Positions 9,301-16,053 of a stretch of 24,000 nucleotides of DNA are shown in pieces. Position 1 is the stretch's first letter; the number at the start of each line of letters is the position of its first letter. Below the pieces are notes generated by a model. It saw nothing but the letters and a program-made list of their open reading frames with translations. It did not search any database and had not been told where the DNA came from. A program made the position numbers and the translations under genes. Source of the DNA: Candidatus Saccharimonadota bacterium (GTDB taxonomy: Bacteria; Patescibacteriota; Saccharimonadia; Saccharimonadales; SZUA-47); assembly GCA_020428465.1 (NCBI GenBank), contig JAGQMY010000047.1, positions 1 through 24,000 of the forward strand, in the 5' to 3' direction.

Positions 9301-10146
9301 CAATGACCTTCGTTTACTTAGCTTTTCGTCGGATACATCTATTATTCTTGAGCCTTGACCCACTCTGTTATTGGAACCATCAAAACTATCTCTTGCTAAC
9401 GATCCGTTTGTGTTATAGCCTTCAGCCTCCAACTTTTTAAGCAAAGGATCAGCTTTTGCAGGATCAACGACCTCATATCCAATAAATCGACGTGTAATTG
9501 GTGAGTAAACAGATTTCAAGCCCGTATTCTTTAGAACGGCCTGGTCCCACTTAACTGCATACCTGCTAGCTATTCTGCCTAATCTTAGATTTTGTACAGA
9601 GTGGGTTTTCAATACTTTATATAAGCTCCAGGTTCTGCCATCCATAAACTCAGAGTTACTTTGAAAGTGAAACCTTTGAAGTAAATTTGCGAAGTGGAGC
9701 ACCTTAAAAGGAGCAAAAGATGCAAATAGTAGGTAAAAAGTAACCACTACGCCACCCAAGCCAACTCCACCTGCAATTGATTTTTTTCTATTTCTCAGTA
9801 TGCCATTTACCAGTTTTGCTGCCGGGTTGGTCCCTTGATTATCTAGCGAAAGGTTGTTAGAAAAAGACTTATCTGGTGTCAGCTTTGATTCAGCATCAGA
9901 ACGCCCAGCATCGTTATTTCCCGATAATGGGTTAATATCCATTTCTTCTACTCCGATGTTTTGACCGGGGCTTTTATTGGGGCTTACTGGTTCGTCGCCA
10001 GATTCATCACTCCAGCCATCGGGATTCCAGAATCCATCAGCGGAGGTGTTATCAGGATTCTGTCTGTTAGCGGGATTCAAAGAATCATCATTATTGTCGG
10101 GTGCGAATCCTTCTTCCTCGCGCTTTTTTAGTGAACCTGGCTGCAT
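6352..10146 (-). CDS. Large membrane-anchored multidomain cell-wall hydrolase (VirB1-analogue candidate): disordered N-terminus, TM, ~650-aa unknown region, SGNH/GDSL esterase, C-terminal NlpC/P60 cysteine peptidase
   Basis: 1264 aa. TM segment GGVGLGGVVVTFYLLFASFAPF. SGNH blocks IYFLGDSLTKG (GDS codons at nt 7651-7659), VVGLGTN and DSVHHT (nt ~7094-7108). NlpC/P60 hallmarks are LLECSGLASVAL (Cys codon 6691-6693), PGDFL and GGHVAIA (His codon 6502-6504). Located immediately downstream of virB4. Confidence 0.75.
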   Translation of the reverse strand: MQPGSLKKREEEGFAPDNNDDSLNPANRQNPDNTSADGFWNPDGWSDESGDEPVSPNKSPGQNIGVEEMDINPLSGNNDAGRSDAESKLTPDKSFSNNLSLDNQGTNPAAKLVNGILRNRKKSIAGGVGLGGVVVTFYLLFASFAPFKVLHFANLLQRFHFQSNSEFMDGRTWSLYKVLKTHSVQNLRLGRIASRYAVKWDQAVLKNTGLKSVYSPITRRFIGYEVVDPAKADPLLKKLEAEGYNTNGSLARDSFDGSNNRVGQGSRIIDVSDEKLSKRRSLARVVTAGAEIEGVPDKLASRLLIKYGGMDFHILHPLQSVRRAATDRFVEWALKFKEDRAARVANGSTDVNLPKTGTDTNGDGNIDTTPDTTPESIAAGEANDIAEEVAQTAEKNRLKPSFISDKAAAKLKVAGRIAGSAAAAAALLCGVKALGNAAEILQYTNVILPMARVATSYMSLGAQIMSGEDVSSDEIGVYSQDLFDVLNNSDAIMAQPFQKSLNGVDSGPDLDSELKPGKLGEKPAFFRAIDDIPLLGTICSVQDFIGGLPVLKQIGEASQAGLNAILGPLGLSPDQLAGKLVDILAGSGINLYAVGAELGNYLMYGARIASNMASFAFGGSEMSESDEQALVADQMQTIALDNKSKSLYERYFDISNVDSLVARVSMSTPMNLKGFGGLVLQNPLNSLNFLTTKASAADYTFDYGFPKYGFTLTEQNSQIADDPLENANVVESDIQSFDDRFGSCFPKKIDPVTLNVVDNDRERYDVTSSDCNNKTDDQLRYRLYLADRVTELGLGCGEGDDSSCSEIGLQTSEFTAPEDAPVNNQIYFLGDSLTKGMQTLAGSDPEKNYLARTFDGHGWQSTVNAQGCRAVFQTQGPITGDGSTCPSETIVDGITALSNDTQIIQSNQTGTFVVGLGTNRLEVDASGNVDQNLFREKFAELIKQIKQISPNSFVYVVNLVSSDNNSNLEDRNAIIEDVISQFQDSQNIILLDWNGYVKNAKTTPDTGDDVEFADSVHHTIDGYIKKVQYLLDNIALPSGSSTAGGRIVNCDGYTEVLSPDNFNIRSYSQDIKDNCLKIKQKCLSGVTDTERILCTAMEFDGTFYGNGYGTYSGVAANQIYGFTASSSNYGGAPQSWLQSRSEGLSPNNLLECSGLASVALFKAYNYQGVGCSGNWTSQQRPDLFEHVNQNEIIPGDFLTISFGCNSDESNPAGGHVAIAASSPDASGNIIVYETNTWGKPVRFTSSNLSDYPGGWSRYIGPGVP

Positions 10147-10158
10147 TTAAACCCCAAA

Positions 10159-12063
10159 TTATTGCTTTAACTCTACGGTATTATTATACCCCGTTTGGTT
10201 GAGGTCTACTTGCTCGGTTTTGACTGGTGGTCTTTTTTCATTTGGGTTAGTTGTTATCAGGTTTGTTTCAGTTGGACTTGCCACAATCTGCATGTGCACA
10301 TGGTTAGATCCGGCGAAGAATAATCCTTGACCAACCGGGAATTGACTAAGGCGTTTTTTCTCTTCACTGGTTAACTTGAAGGTTTGCGCCAGGACATCAA
10401 CAGCAGACGTTGATTGCTTTAACAGAATCTGCATACTTGCATTAGCTACGATTGCTCGTCCCATTCGAGACCCCATAAAGTCCTCGACATCCTGGGTAAT
10501 TGTCGTAATGCCCAGATTATATTTACGAGCTCGTTTGGCTAAACTGAATAAGAAACTAGCGCTATCTTCATATTTCATTAACTGCCACGCCTCATCAACA
10601 ATCAAAATTCTTCGTTTCTGGTCGACTTTAGTCTTATTCCAGATGAAATTCAGCACGATATACATTGCTACCGGGCGAAGCTCATCTTCTAGATCACGAA
10701 TATTAAACACGACCAGAGGGTTGTTAATCTCAATGTTACTAGGTTGGCTAAAAATACCCGCGAACGTTCCGGTTGTATATTTTCGCAACCTTTGAGCTAG
10801 TTGCGGCCCAGAACCTCCAGAGTGCAAAAGTGTATCATACAAACTTGCGATAGTTGGTGCAGGAGAATTATGAGTAAGCGGGTCATTAGTTATGCCAGCT
10901 TTGGCGTATGTTTCTATTAATGCAGCATCAAGATCAGCTTCCTCTTCGGGAGTTAGTGATGGTCGAACTACATCTGATCCTGAAGCCAGAGCTGCGGCTC
11001 CACCCATCATGAGACGCAGTAACCCATGCAATGTGATTAAGTTACTGCGGAGTGCGTTATCGGCCTCTTCAGGGTCAGATACCTTAGGCAAATCGAACGG
11101 ATTTATTCTGGTTTTGCTGTTTAGGCTCAAGCGAACATATGCACCACCGACAGCATCACACATTTTGGCGTATTCATTCTCGGGATCGATAATGAATACC
11201 TCGGTACCGAACATCATACTTCGAAGAGCCTCTAGCTTAACTGTAAAGCTTTTTCCTGCGCCTGATTTGGCAAAGACAACACTGTTACCGTTCTCGAGTG
11301 AGAATCTATCAAAGATAACAAGTCCAGAGTTATGCATGTTTATTCCGTATAAAATACCATTTTCTTGGCTCAAATCAGCACTTGTGAAGGGAAAAGTTGT
11401 ACTTACAGCTCCCGTATTCATGTTGCGTCGAATTTGAAGTTGGTCAGTAAACTGCGGGATTGTTGAGTTGAGTCCTTGCTCTTGTTGGGCTCCTGCTGGT
11501 TTACTATAGACCAGCTGTTGCGCCAAAACGCTCTCAACCTTATGAGATACATACTCCATTTCTTCGGCATCGTTTGCATATATTGTAAAATAAAGACCAA
11601 ATCTAAAGAAGCGCTCTTCTCCAACCTGAAGCTTGTCCCTCAACTCCTCGGCATCGACTATAGCTGCTTGTTTGCCAGGATCGCGCACTTTACCCTTTTC
11701 AGCATCGATTTGCAGACCGGCTTCAAGTTGACCAACTTTCTTACGTAAGTTTTCCAGAACTACTTGGCTTTCAACAGGATATATAAACATCGACATATCT
11801 ATAACTTCATCAAGGTTTATCATACTGCTTAACCAGCCGGTATAAAGTCTACGAGGATAGCCATATACGTAGTACGTTCTTGCTATACGTGTACCGATTT
11901 TGAACTGACTCGATTCGAACTCTAAACTTGCAGGTGCAATGAAATCTCTAAGAGCTGTTACGCCCTTTTCGAATGCAACTTGAACCTCTTGTTGTTCGCG
12001 CAAAGCCTGTGCTTGTGCCTGCGCAACTGGATCGGTTGCTGGTTTTTTGTTAAAAATTCCCAC
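10159..12063 (-). CDS. virB4: T4SS ATPase, VirB4/TrbE/PrgJ family
   Basis: 634 aa. Walker A FAKSGAGKSF (nt ~11248-11268) and Walker B ILIVDEAWQL (nt ~10585-10608). N-domain pattern DFIAP..LEF......IG.R.ART..V.GYPR....GWL is typical of monoderm VirB4 proteins. GTG start with GGGAG 8 nt upstream, overlapping the upstream TAG by 1 nt (TAGTG). Confidence 0.9.
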   Translation of the reverse strand: MGIFNKKPATDPVAQAQAQALREQQEVQVAFEKGVTALRDFIAPASLEFESSQFKIGTRIARTYYVYGYPRRLYTGWLSSMINLDEVIDMSMFIYPVESQVVLENLRKKVGQLEAGLQIDAEKGKVRDPGKQAAIVDAEELRDKLQVGEERFFRFGLYFTIYANDAEEMEYVSHKVESVLAQQLVYSKPAGAQQEQGLNSTIPQFTDQLQIRRNMNTGAVSTTFPFTSADLSQENGILYGINMHNSGLVIFDRFSLENGNSVVFAKSGAGKSFTVKLEALRSMMFGTEVFIIDPENEYAKMCDAVGGAYVRLSLNSKTRINPFDLPKVSDPEEADNALRSNLITLHGLLRLMMGGAAALASGSDVVRPSLTPEEEADLDAALIETYAKAGITNDPLTHNSPAPTIASLYDTLLHSGGSGPQLAQRLRKYTTGTFAGIFSQPSNIEINNPLVVFNIRDLEDELRPVAMYIVLNFIWNKTKVDQKRRILIVDEAWQLMKYEDSASFLFSLAKRARKYNLGITTITQDVEDFMGSRMGRAIVANASMQILLKQSTSAVDVLAQTFKLTSEEKKRLSQFPVGQGLFFAGSNHVHMQIVASPTETNLITTNPNEKRPPVKTEQVDLNQTGYNNTVELKQ

Positions 12064-12869
12064 TATTGTAGCTCCCTCTCAAGTTGTGGCTGAGCAGCGT
12101 GGCCTACGCCCTTTTCAATAACCGGTGCATTCATATCTTCAAAATTCTTGAGCGGCTGACGTGTAGCCGTATCTGGATTGTAGGCATCATAGTAAAGCTC
12201 GATTAATTCCTGGGTATCAAGTGGGATAGAGGCTACGCCAGACTGCTGTAGTCCAGCCATAACGGCTTGGATGCGATTTTTTAACTCTGTTTTTGCTTGC
12301 TCTAGCACCGCTTCGTTGATTACTACTTGTGTATCTTTTTTACCAAATACAGCGGTAAAAAAGTTTTTACTAGCTTTTATGGCTTTCTGCGTGTCCAGTT
12401 GCGGGAAAAAAGGTATAACAACGTAAAATCTCTTATCCATTATGTTGGTCTGCAATGCTAAATTCTCGATAAAGTCTAAGTAGTCGTCCATCAGGAGTGC
12501 GAGCAACATATTATCATGCTCAGAACGAATTTTATCTAGCTTTTCTATATACGGTCGTAGATCGACTTTTTGACTACGGACAAAAATCTGAATCGGAAAG
12601 TATAACGAATTTAGAAAACCTTGGTAGCTGAACTCGACAGCTTCACGCTCCTGGGGGCTCATTAGGTCGAAATTGATACTTTGACAAGCTAAAACAGCTC
12701 GAAAGCTGCCGTCGTTCATTATCACGATACCATCTCGAATCTCGGCAATTTCAAGAGAATTCTGAGTGCTGTTCGGATTCGACTTTACCATAGGTTGAGC
12801 TACAGGTTGACCAGGTACTCCGGGCATGGTCTGCTGAATATTCGGCTGTATCGCTTGGTTTGGATTCAT
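12063..12869 (-). CDS. Soluble T4SS-associated protein of unknown function (reminiscent of a VirB4 N-terminal, non-ATPase domain)
   Basis: 268 aa with no TM and no Walker motif. The Pro/Gln-rich first 40 aa are followed by EIRDGIVIMNDGSFRAVLACQSINFDLMSPQEREAVEFSYQGFLNSLYFPIQIFV, a pattern I associate with N-domains of some Gram-positive VirB4/TraE-type ATPases. AGGTGG SD. Coupled to virB4. Confidence 0.55.
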   Translation of the reverse strand: MNPNQAIQPNIQQTMPGVPGQPVAQPMVKSNPNSTQNSLEIAEIRDGIVIMNDGSFRAVLACQSINFDLMSPQEREAVEFSYQGFLNSLYFPIQIFVRSQKVDLRPYIEKLDKIRSEHDNMLLALLMDDYLDFIENLALQTNIMDKRFYVVIPFFPQLDTQKAIKASKNFFTAVFGKKDTQVVINEAVLEQAKTELKNRIQAVMAGLQQSGVASIPLDTQELIELYYDAYNPDTATRQPLKNFEDMNAPVIEKGVGHAAQPQLERELQ

Positions 12870-12887
12870 TTTCCACCTTTAATCAGG

Positions 12888-14054
12888 TTAGTGTAATTGA
12901 ATAACAACTTCATCTTCATCTGGCTTGTCTCTATCTACCTGCCTAGCTAGAGTGTCCACCGTTAAGTCGTCGTTGCCTGCTAAGTTTAGTATAGCAGGAT
13001 TAACGGGGTGAGTGCTAGGAGTTTGTGTTGTTTGTGGTTGGGATACGGAAGGCTGATTTCCAGATGGATTTTGACCCAAAGGCTGAATGGTTTTCAATCG
13101 ACTATTTGAACTAAACTGAGCATCAAGTTGTTGTTGTTTGTGAACTTTTTGGAGCAAATTTTGCTCATCAGTTGAAGTTATACCAGTATTTGGCTGTATT
13201 GACGGTACTGGCTGGCTTAGCGGAGTTTGTTTTGCAGGAGCTACTAATAAAGGTGGCGTTTTAAAGCTAGCAACAGTAGGATCGGCTTTATTATTCTGGT
13301 TAAGAAACCATAAATCATCGGCGGTCGTTTGATTATTGCTGTTACTTTTTGGTTGAGGAAGTGGCATAGGGTAATTTTGTTGTTGAGTTGCTGGTCCTTG
13401 CTCGGACATCCTTCTCGCCTCTTCAATCATTCCAAGAGTGTCACGGCGGTGTTTCGTATTTGACTGTTCAATCATATTGTCAAATTGACGCGCAAGCGGA
13501 TTGGATGCCTCGTCCATAACATCAACAGTGTTATCTACTAAAACCGTTTTTTCATCTTGTACGTCTGTTGGCAAAGAAACTAACCTATCACTCGTGTCGA
13601 GGTTGCTACGAGTGGATAAACTTGAAAGATTTTTTACTGCCCAGCCCCTACTATCTACAACTGACGCTAGCGCATTAAACCGACTTCTTACTTCGTCAGG
13701 ACTTAGCCCATCAGTTAAATTGTGGTGCTCACGTTTTGGTACGGTTATCTTCACGAGCTCTTTCATCCCGGCTTGATCCCATATGCGTTTTCGCCTTATG
13801 AACATGAACCTAATGTGTGCTGCAAGCCAGAGCTCAGACGGTTGGTCTTTAGTCCAGGGAAATGCCAGGATACCTAATGCTATTGCTGGTAAGCCAAAAA
13901 GCGGAGACAAAAATGCAGCTCCTTTTGAGATGGTGATAAAAGTTAACCAACCGAACATTGCCGTCCCACCAAAGAATAGAAACTGCCGAAATGTTAGGGG
14001 GCCTAAAAACTTATCTTCTGCCTCAACATCTTGAGGTACCTTATACACAGCCAT
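12888..14054 (-). CDS. PrgI-family (VirB3-like) T4SS membrane protein with ~280-aa low-complexity C-terminal extension
   Basis: 388 aa. The N-terminus MAVYKVPQDVEAEDKFLGPLTFRQFLFFGG plus two TM helices (AMFGWLTFITI.., LFGLPAIALGILAF) matches the PrgI-family signature (KVP.D...EDK....LT.RQ). It sits two genes upstream of virB4. The remainder is rich in Q/P/N/S/T. Confidence 0.65.
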   Translation of the reverse strand: MAVYKVPQDVEAEDKFLGPLTFRQFLFFGGTAMFGWLTFITISKGAAFLSPLFGLPAIALGILAFPWTKDQPSELWLAAHIRFMFIRRKRIWDQAGMKELVKITVPKREHHNLTDGLSPDEVRSRFNALASVVDSRGWAVKNLSSLSTRSNLDTSDRLVSLPTDVQDEKTVLVDNTVDVMDEASNPLARQFDNMIEQSNTKHRRDTLGMIEEARRMSEQGPATQQQNYPMPLPQPKSNSNNQTTADDLWFLNQNNKADPTVASFKTPPLLVAPAKQTPLSQPVPSIQPNTGITSTDEQNLLQKVHKQQQLDAQFSSNSRLKTIQPLGQNPSGNQPSVSQPQTTQTPSTHPVNPAILNLAGNDDLTVDTLARQVDRDKPDEDEVVIQLH

Positions 14055-14189
14055 ATGGCTATAGTATAAAACAGTTAATGCATATAAAGAAACCTAAGGA
14101 TGTTATAACAAGTAACTATAAATTCATGTTGTTTTGGTGTGTGGATTTTATTTAAATGACTAGTAGATAACTAATACTTACTGGTTTGA

Positions 14190-15992
14190 CTATGCGTTGT
14201 CAGGATCGCCGTTATTTTGTTGCTGTTCCTGCTGTCTTCTATATTCCTCGCGACGTCGATTTCTCGCATCAATTAGCGCTTGCTCCCACTCTTGTTGTTT
14301 CCGTTGTTTGCGGCCTGCTTTTAGTTGTTCGTTGTTGTCCTCAACGCGCCTTCGTCTTACTTTTCTTGCGTCTGATCTTTGGCGCCTTCTTAGTTGTTTT
14401 AGTTTTCCGCGATCTTCTGGCTTTGCCGGACTCAAAGACGCTCTGCTGTCTTTTGTTGTAATTTTGATATTTTCCCGTCTTATCCTGCTTAAAGCTGCTT
14501 GCTCGTCAAAACCTTTCAAATTTCCGAATGTATCAATCCATTCTTGTCTTTCCGCCTCCAGGAAGTAGTAGTTACTTGCGTTTAAGATCGATAATTCCTT
14601 TTGATCAATATACTTAAGGTTAGGGAACAATTCACACGCGACATCTGTTATAGCTGCAACCTTTTCCCAGTTCTTCTCGGCTAATGCCGTACCACCGGTA
14701 CGTAATGGCTGGCCGTCAAAGAATAACTGACCAGTTTTCTTATTAAATCTCACAGGTGGCATTGATAGTAAACCTCTGGCGCCCAACTTATCTCTAAGTG
14801 CATGCGCACCAGCATCATCCCCTTCGGGATTGATGTTAGATCCATATCTAAGAATTGAGATAATCATCGCTGCTCTTTGCAGAATAAACTGTGACCTAAT
14901 GAATTCTTCCGATGTTGGTTCTACGGCTTTTTCTATGGTGGTCTCAAGTGCTGTATTAACTATTGTAGTTAGGTTCGCTATGTCTACTGCACTAAATCCT
15001 GATAGCTCGTAAGACCTTATCTTCGCAGCCATTTCCTGGATAAATTTAACCCCATCAACACCCCTATACTCATACTCACCCTTTGCGTTAATTGCATAGT
15101 ATAAGTGCCTAAACGACAAGTGCTGACCTTTGTGTGCGTAACCTATTCCCAAAATCAGTCCCGCAATATCTCTATCTGTAAATGGCCCGCCTTCAAACGA
15201 GTATTGCCTTCGTTTAGCGGCTTCGTTTACTAATTCGAATGTTCTCTTGATTGTCTCTATAAATTGAAGTTCATGAGATGATTTGTGTATCTCATACCAA
15301 AAAGCTGCCGCAAACGCTGAAGGGTCTTGGAACCACTGTTGTCTAGCTTGAGCAACTTGTGCTGCATTGTAAGTTTTGTTTGGGTCGTGTATATCAATCC
15401 ATACTCCTGGTCTATCTGGTGACTCTCGAGCGAACAAAGCACGGATTAGTTCATCTGGACCGGTACTTTCCTTATTGTGCATAAGCTCCATGAAAAGTTT
15501 GTTAGCTTTAGCACGTCTTTCGTCTTGGTTTGTAAAGTTTTCGGTGTTACCAAAATAAATAACACCAGCTTTTCTAACGAACCTCTCGAGTCTCCTGAGT
15601 GGTGCGCCACCAGCTCCTTCAGGTTTGATTCCAGCTCTTTTTACTGCTTCCATGGTTGGAATGGGGTAAGCTTTACCGACCTCTGCAGTTTCGTAACTTG
15701 TCGAAATTCTTGCCCTGTCTTTTGACGATGCGGGCACATTTGAATCGCCTATAAACATTCTTTTTGCTGCTTCAGCAAGCATTCTAAACGTATCAGGGTC
15801 GGATGTATCAAGCTCTTCGTTCACGCCGGGCATACTAAGTGCTGATTGACCTATCAATGCTCGTAACATACTCGGATCAACATCACCCAAACGCGCCATA
15901 TCCGACGGCAATACTAACCCTGATTCAGTCTGTTGCCAATCGAGGCGGGGGTCTTGTGGAACCTGGGGGTTCTGTGGATTAGGGCTGTCCAT
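14190..15992 (-). CDS. Soluble 600-aa protein of unknown function with Arg/Lys/Gln-rich C-terminal tail
   Basis: Long ORF with no TM, no signal peptide and no NTPase motif. The last ~100 aa (nt ~14190-14490) read ...KLKQLRRRQRSDARKVRRRRVEDNNEQLKAGRKQRKQQEWEQALIDARNRRREEYRRQQEQQQ. Embedded between the VirB6-like and PrgI-like genes on the same strand. Confidence 0.7.
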   Translation of the reverse strand: MDSPNPQNPQVPQDPRLDWQQTESGLVLPSDMARLGDVDPSMLRALIGQSALSMPGVNEELDTSDPDTFRMLAEAAKRMFIGDSNVPASSKDRARISTSYETAEVGKAYPIPTMEAVKRAGIKPEGAGGAPLRRLERFVRKAGVIYFGNTENFTNQDERRAKANKLFMELMHNKESTGPDELIRALFARESPDRPGVWIDIHDPNKTYNAAQVAQARQQWFQDPSAFAAAFWYEIHKSSHELQFIETIKRTFELVNEAAKRRQYSFEGGPFTDRDIAGLILGIGYAHKGQHLSFRHLYYAINAKGEYEYRGVDGVKFIQEMAAKIRSYELSGFSAVDIANLTTIVNTALETTIEKAVEPTSEEFIRSQFILQRAAMIISILRYGSNINPEGDDAGAHALRDKLGARGLLSMPPVRFNKKTGQLFFDGQPLRTGGTALAEKNWEKVAAITDVACELFPNLKYIDQKELSILNASNYYFLEAERQEWIDTFGNLKGFDEQAALSRIRRENIKITTKDSRASLSPAKPEDRGKLKQLRRRQRSDARKVRRRRVEDNNEQLKAGRKQRKQQEWEQALIDARNRRREEYRRQQEQQQNNGDPDNA

Positions 15993-16053
15993 ATTTAAAA
16001 CATTAGCACATTATTGCAAAAAAGTAAAGAAGTTTATAGTAAAACAATCAATC

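Noticed and set aside
14090-14125. A TCCACAC motif in the 14055-14189 spacer as a DnaA box, and possible terminator hairpins after the 600-aa gene.
   Set aside because: It is a single degenerate match with two mismatches to TTATCCACA. No stable GC-rich stem followed by a T-run could be drawn in this spacer.
14186-14568. Two overlapping + strand ORFs (14186-14461 and 14197-14568) rich in Cys, Leu, Ser and Phe.
   Set aside because: They mirror the repetitive Arg/Gln/Glu codons of the C-terminal tail of the 600-aa minus-strand gene. Open frames are expected on the complement of such low-complexity sequence.
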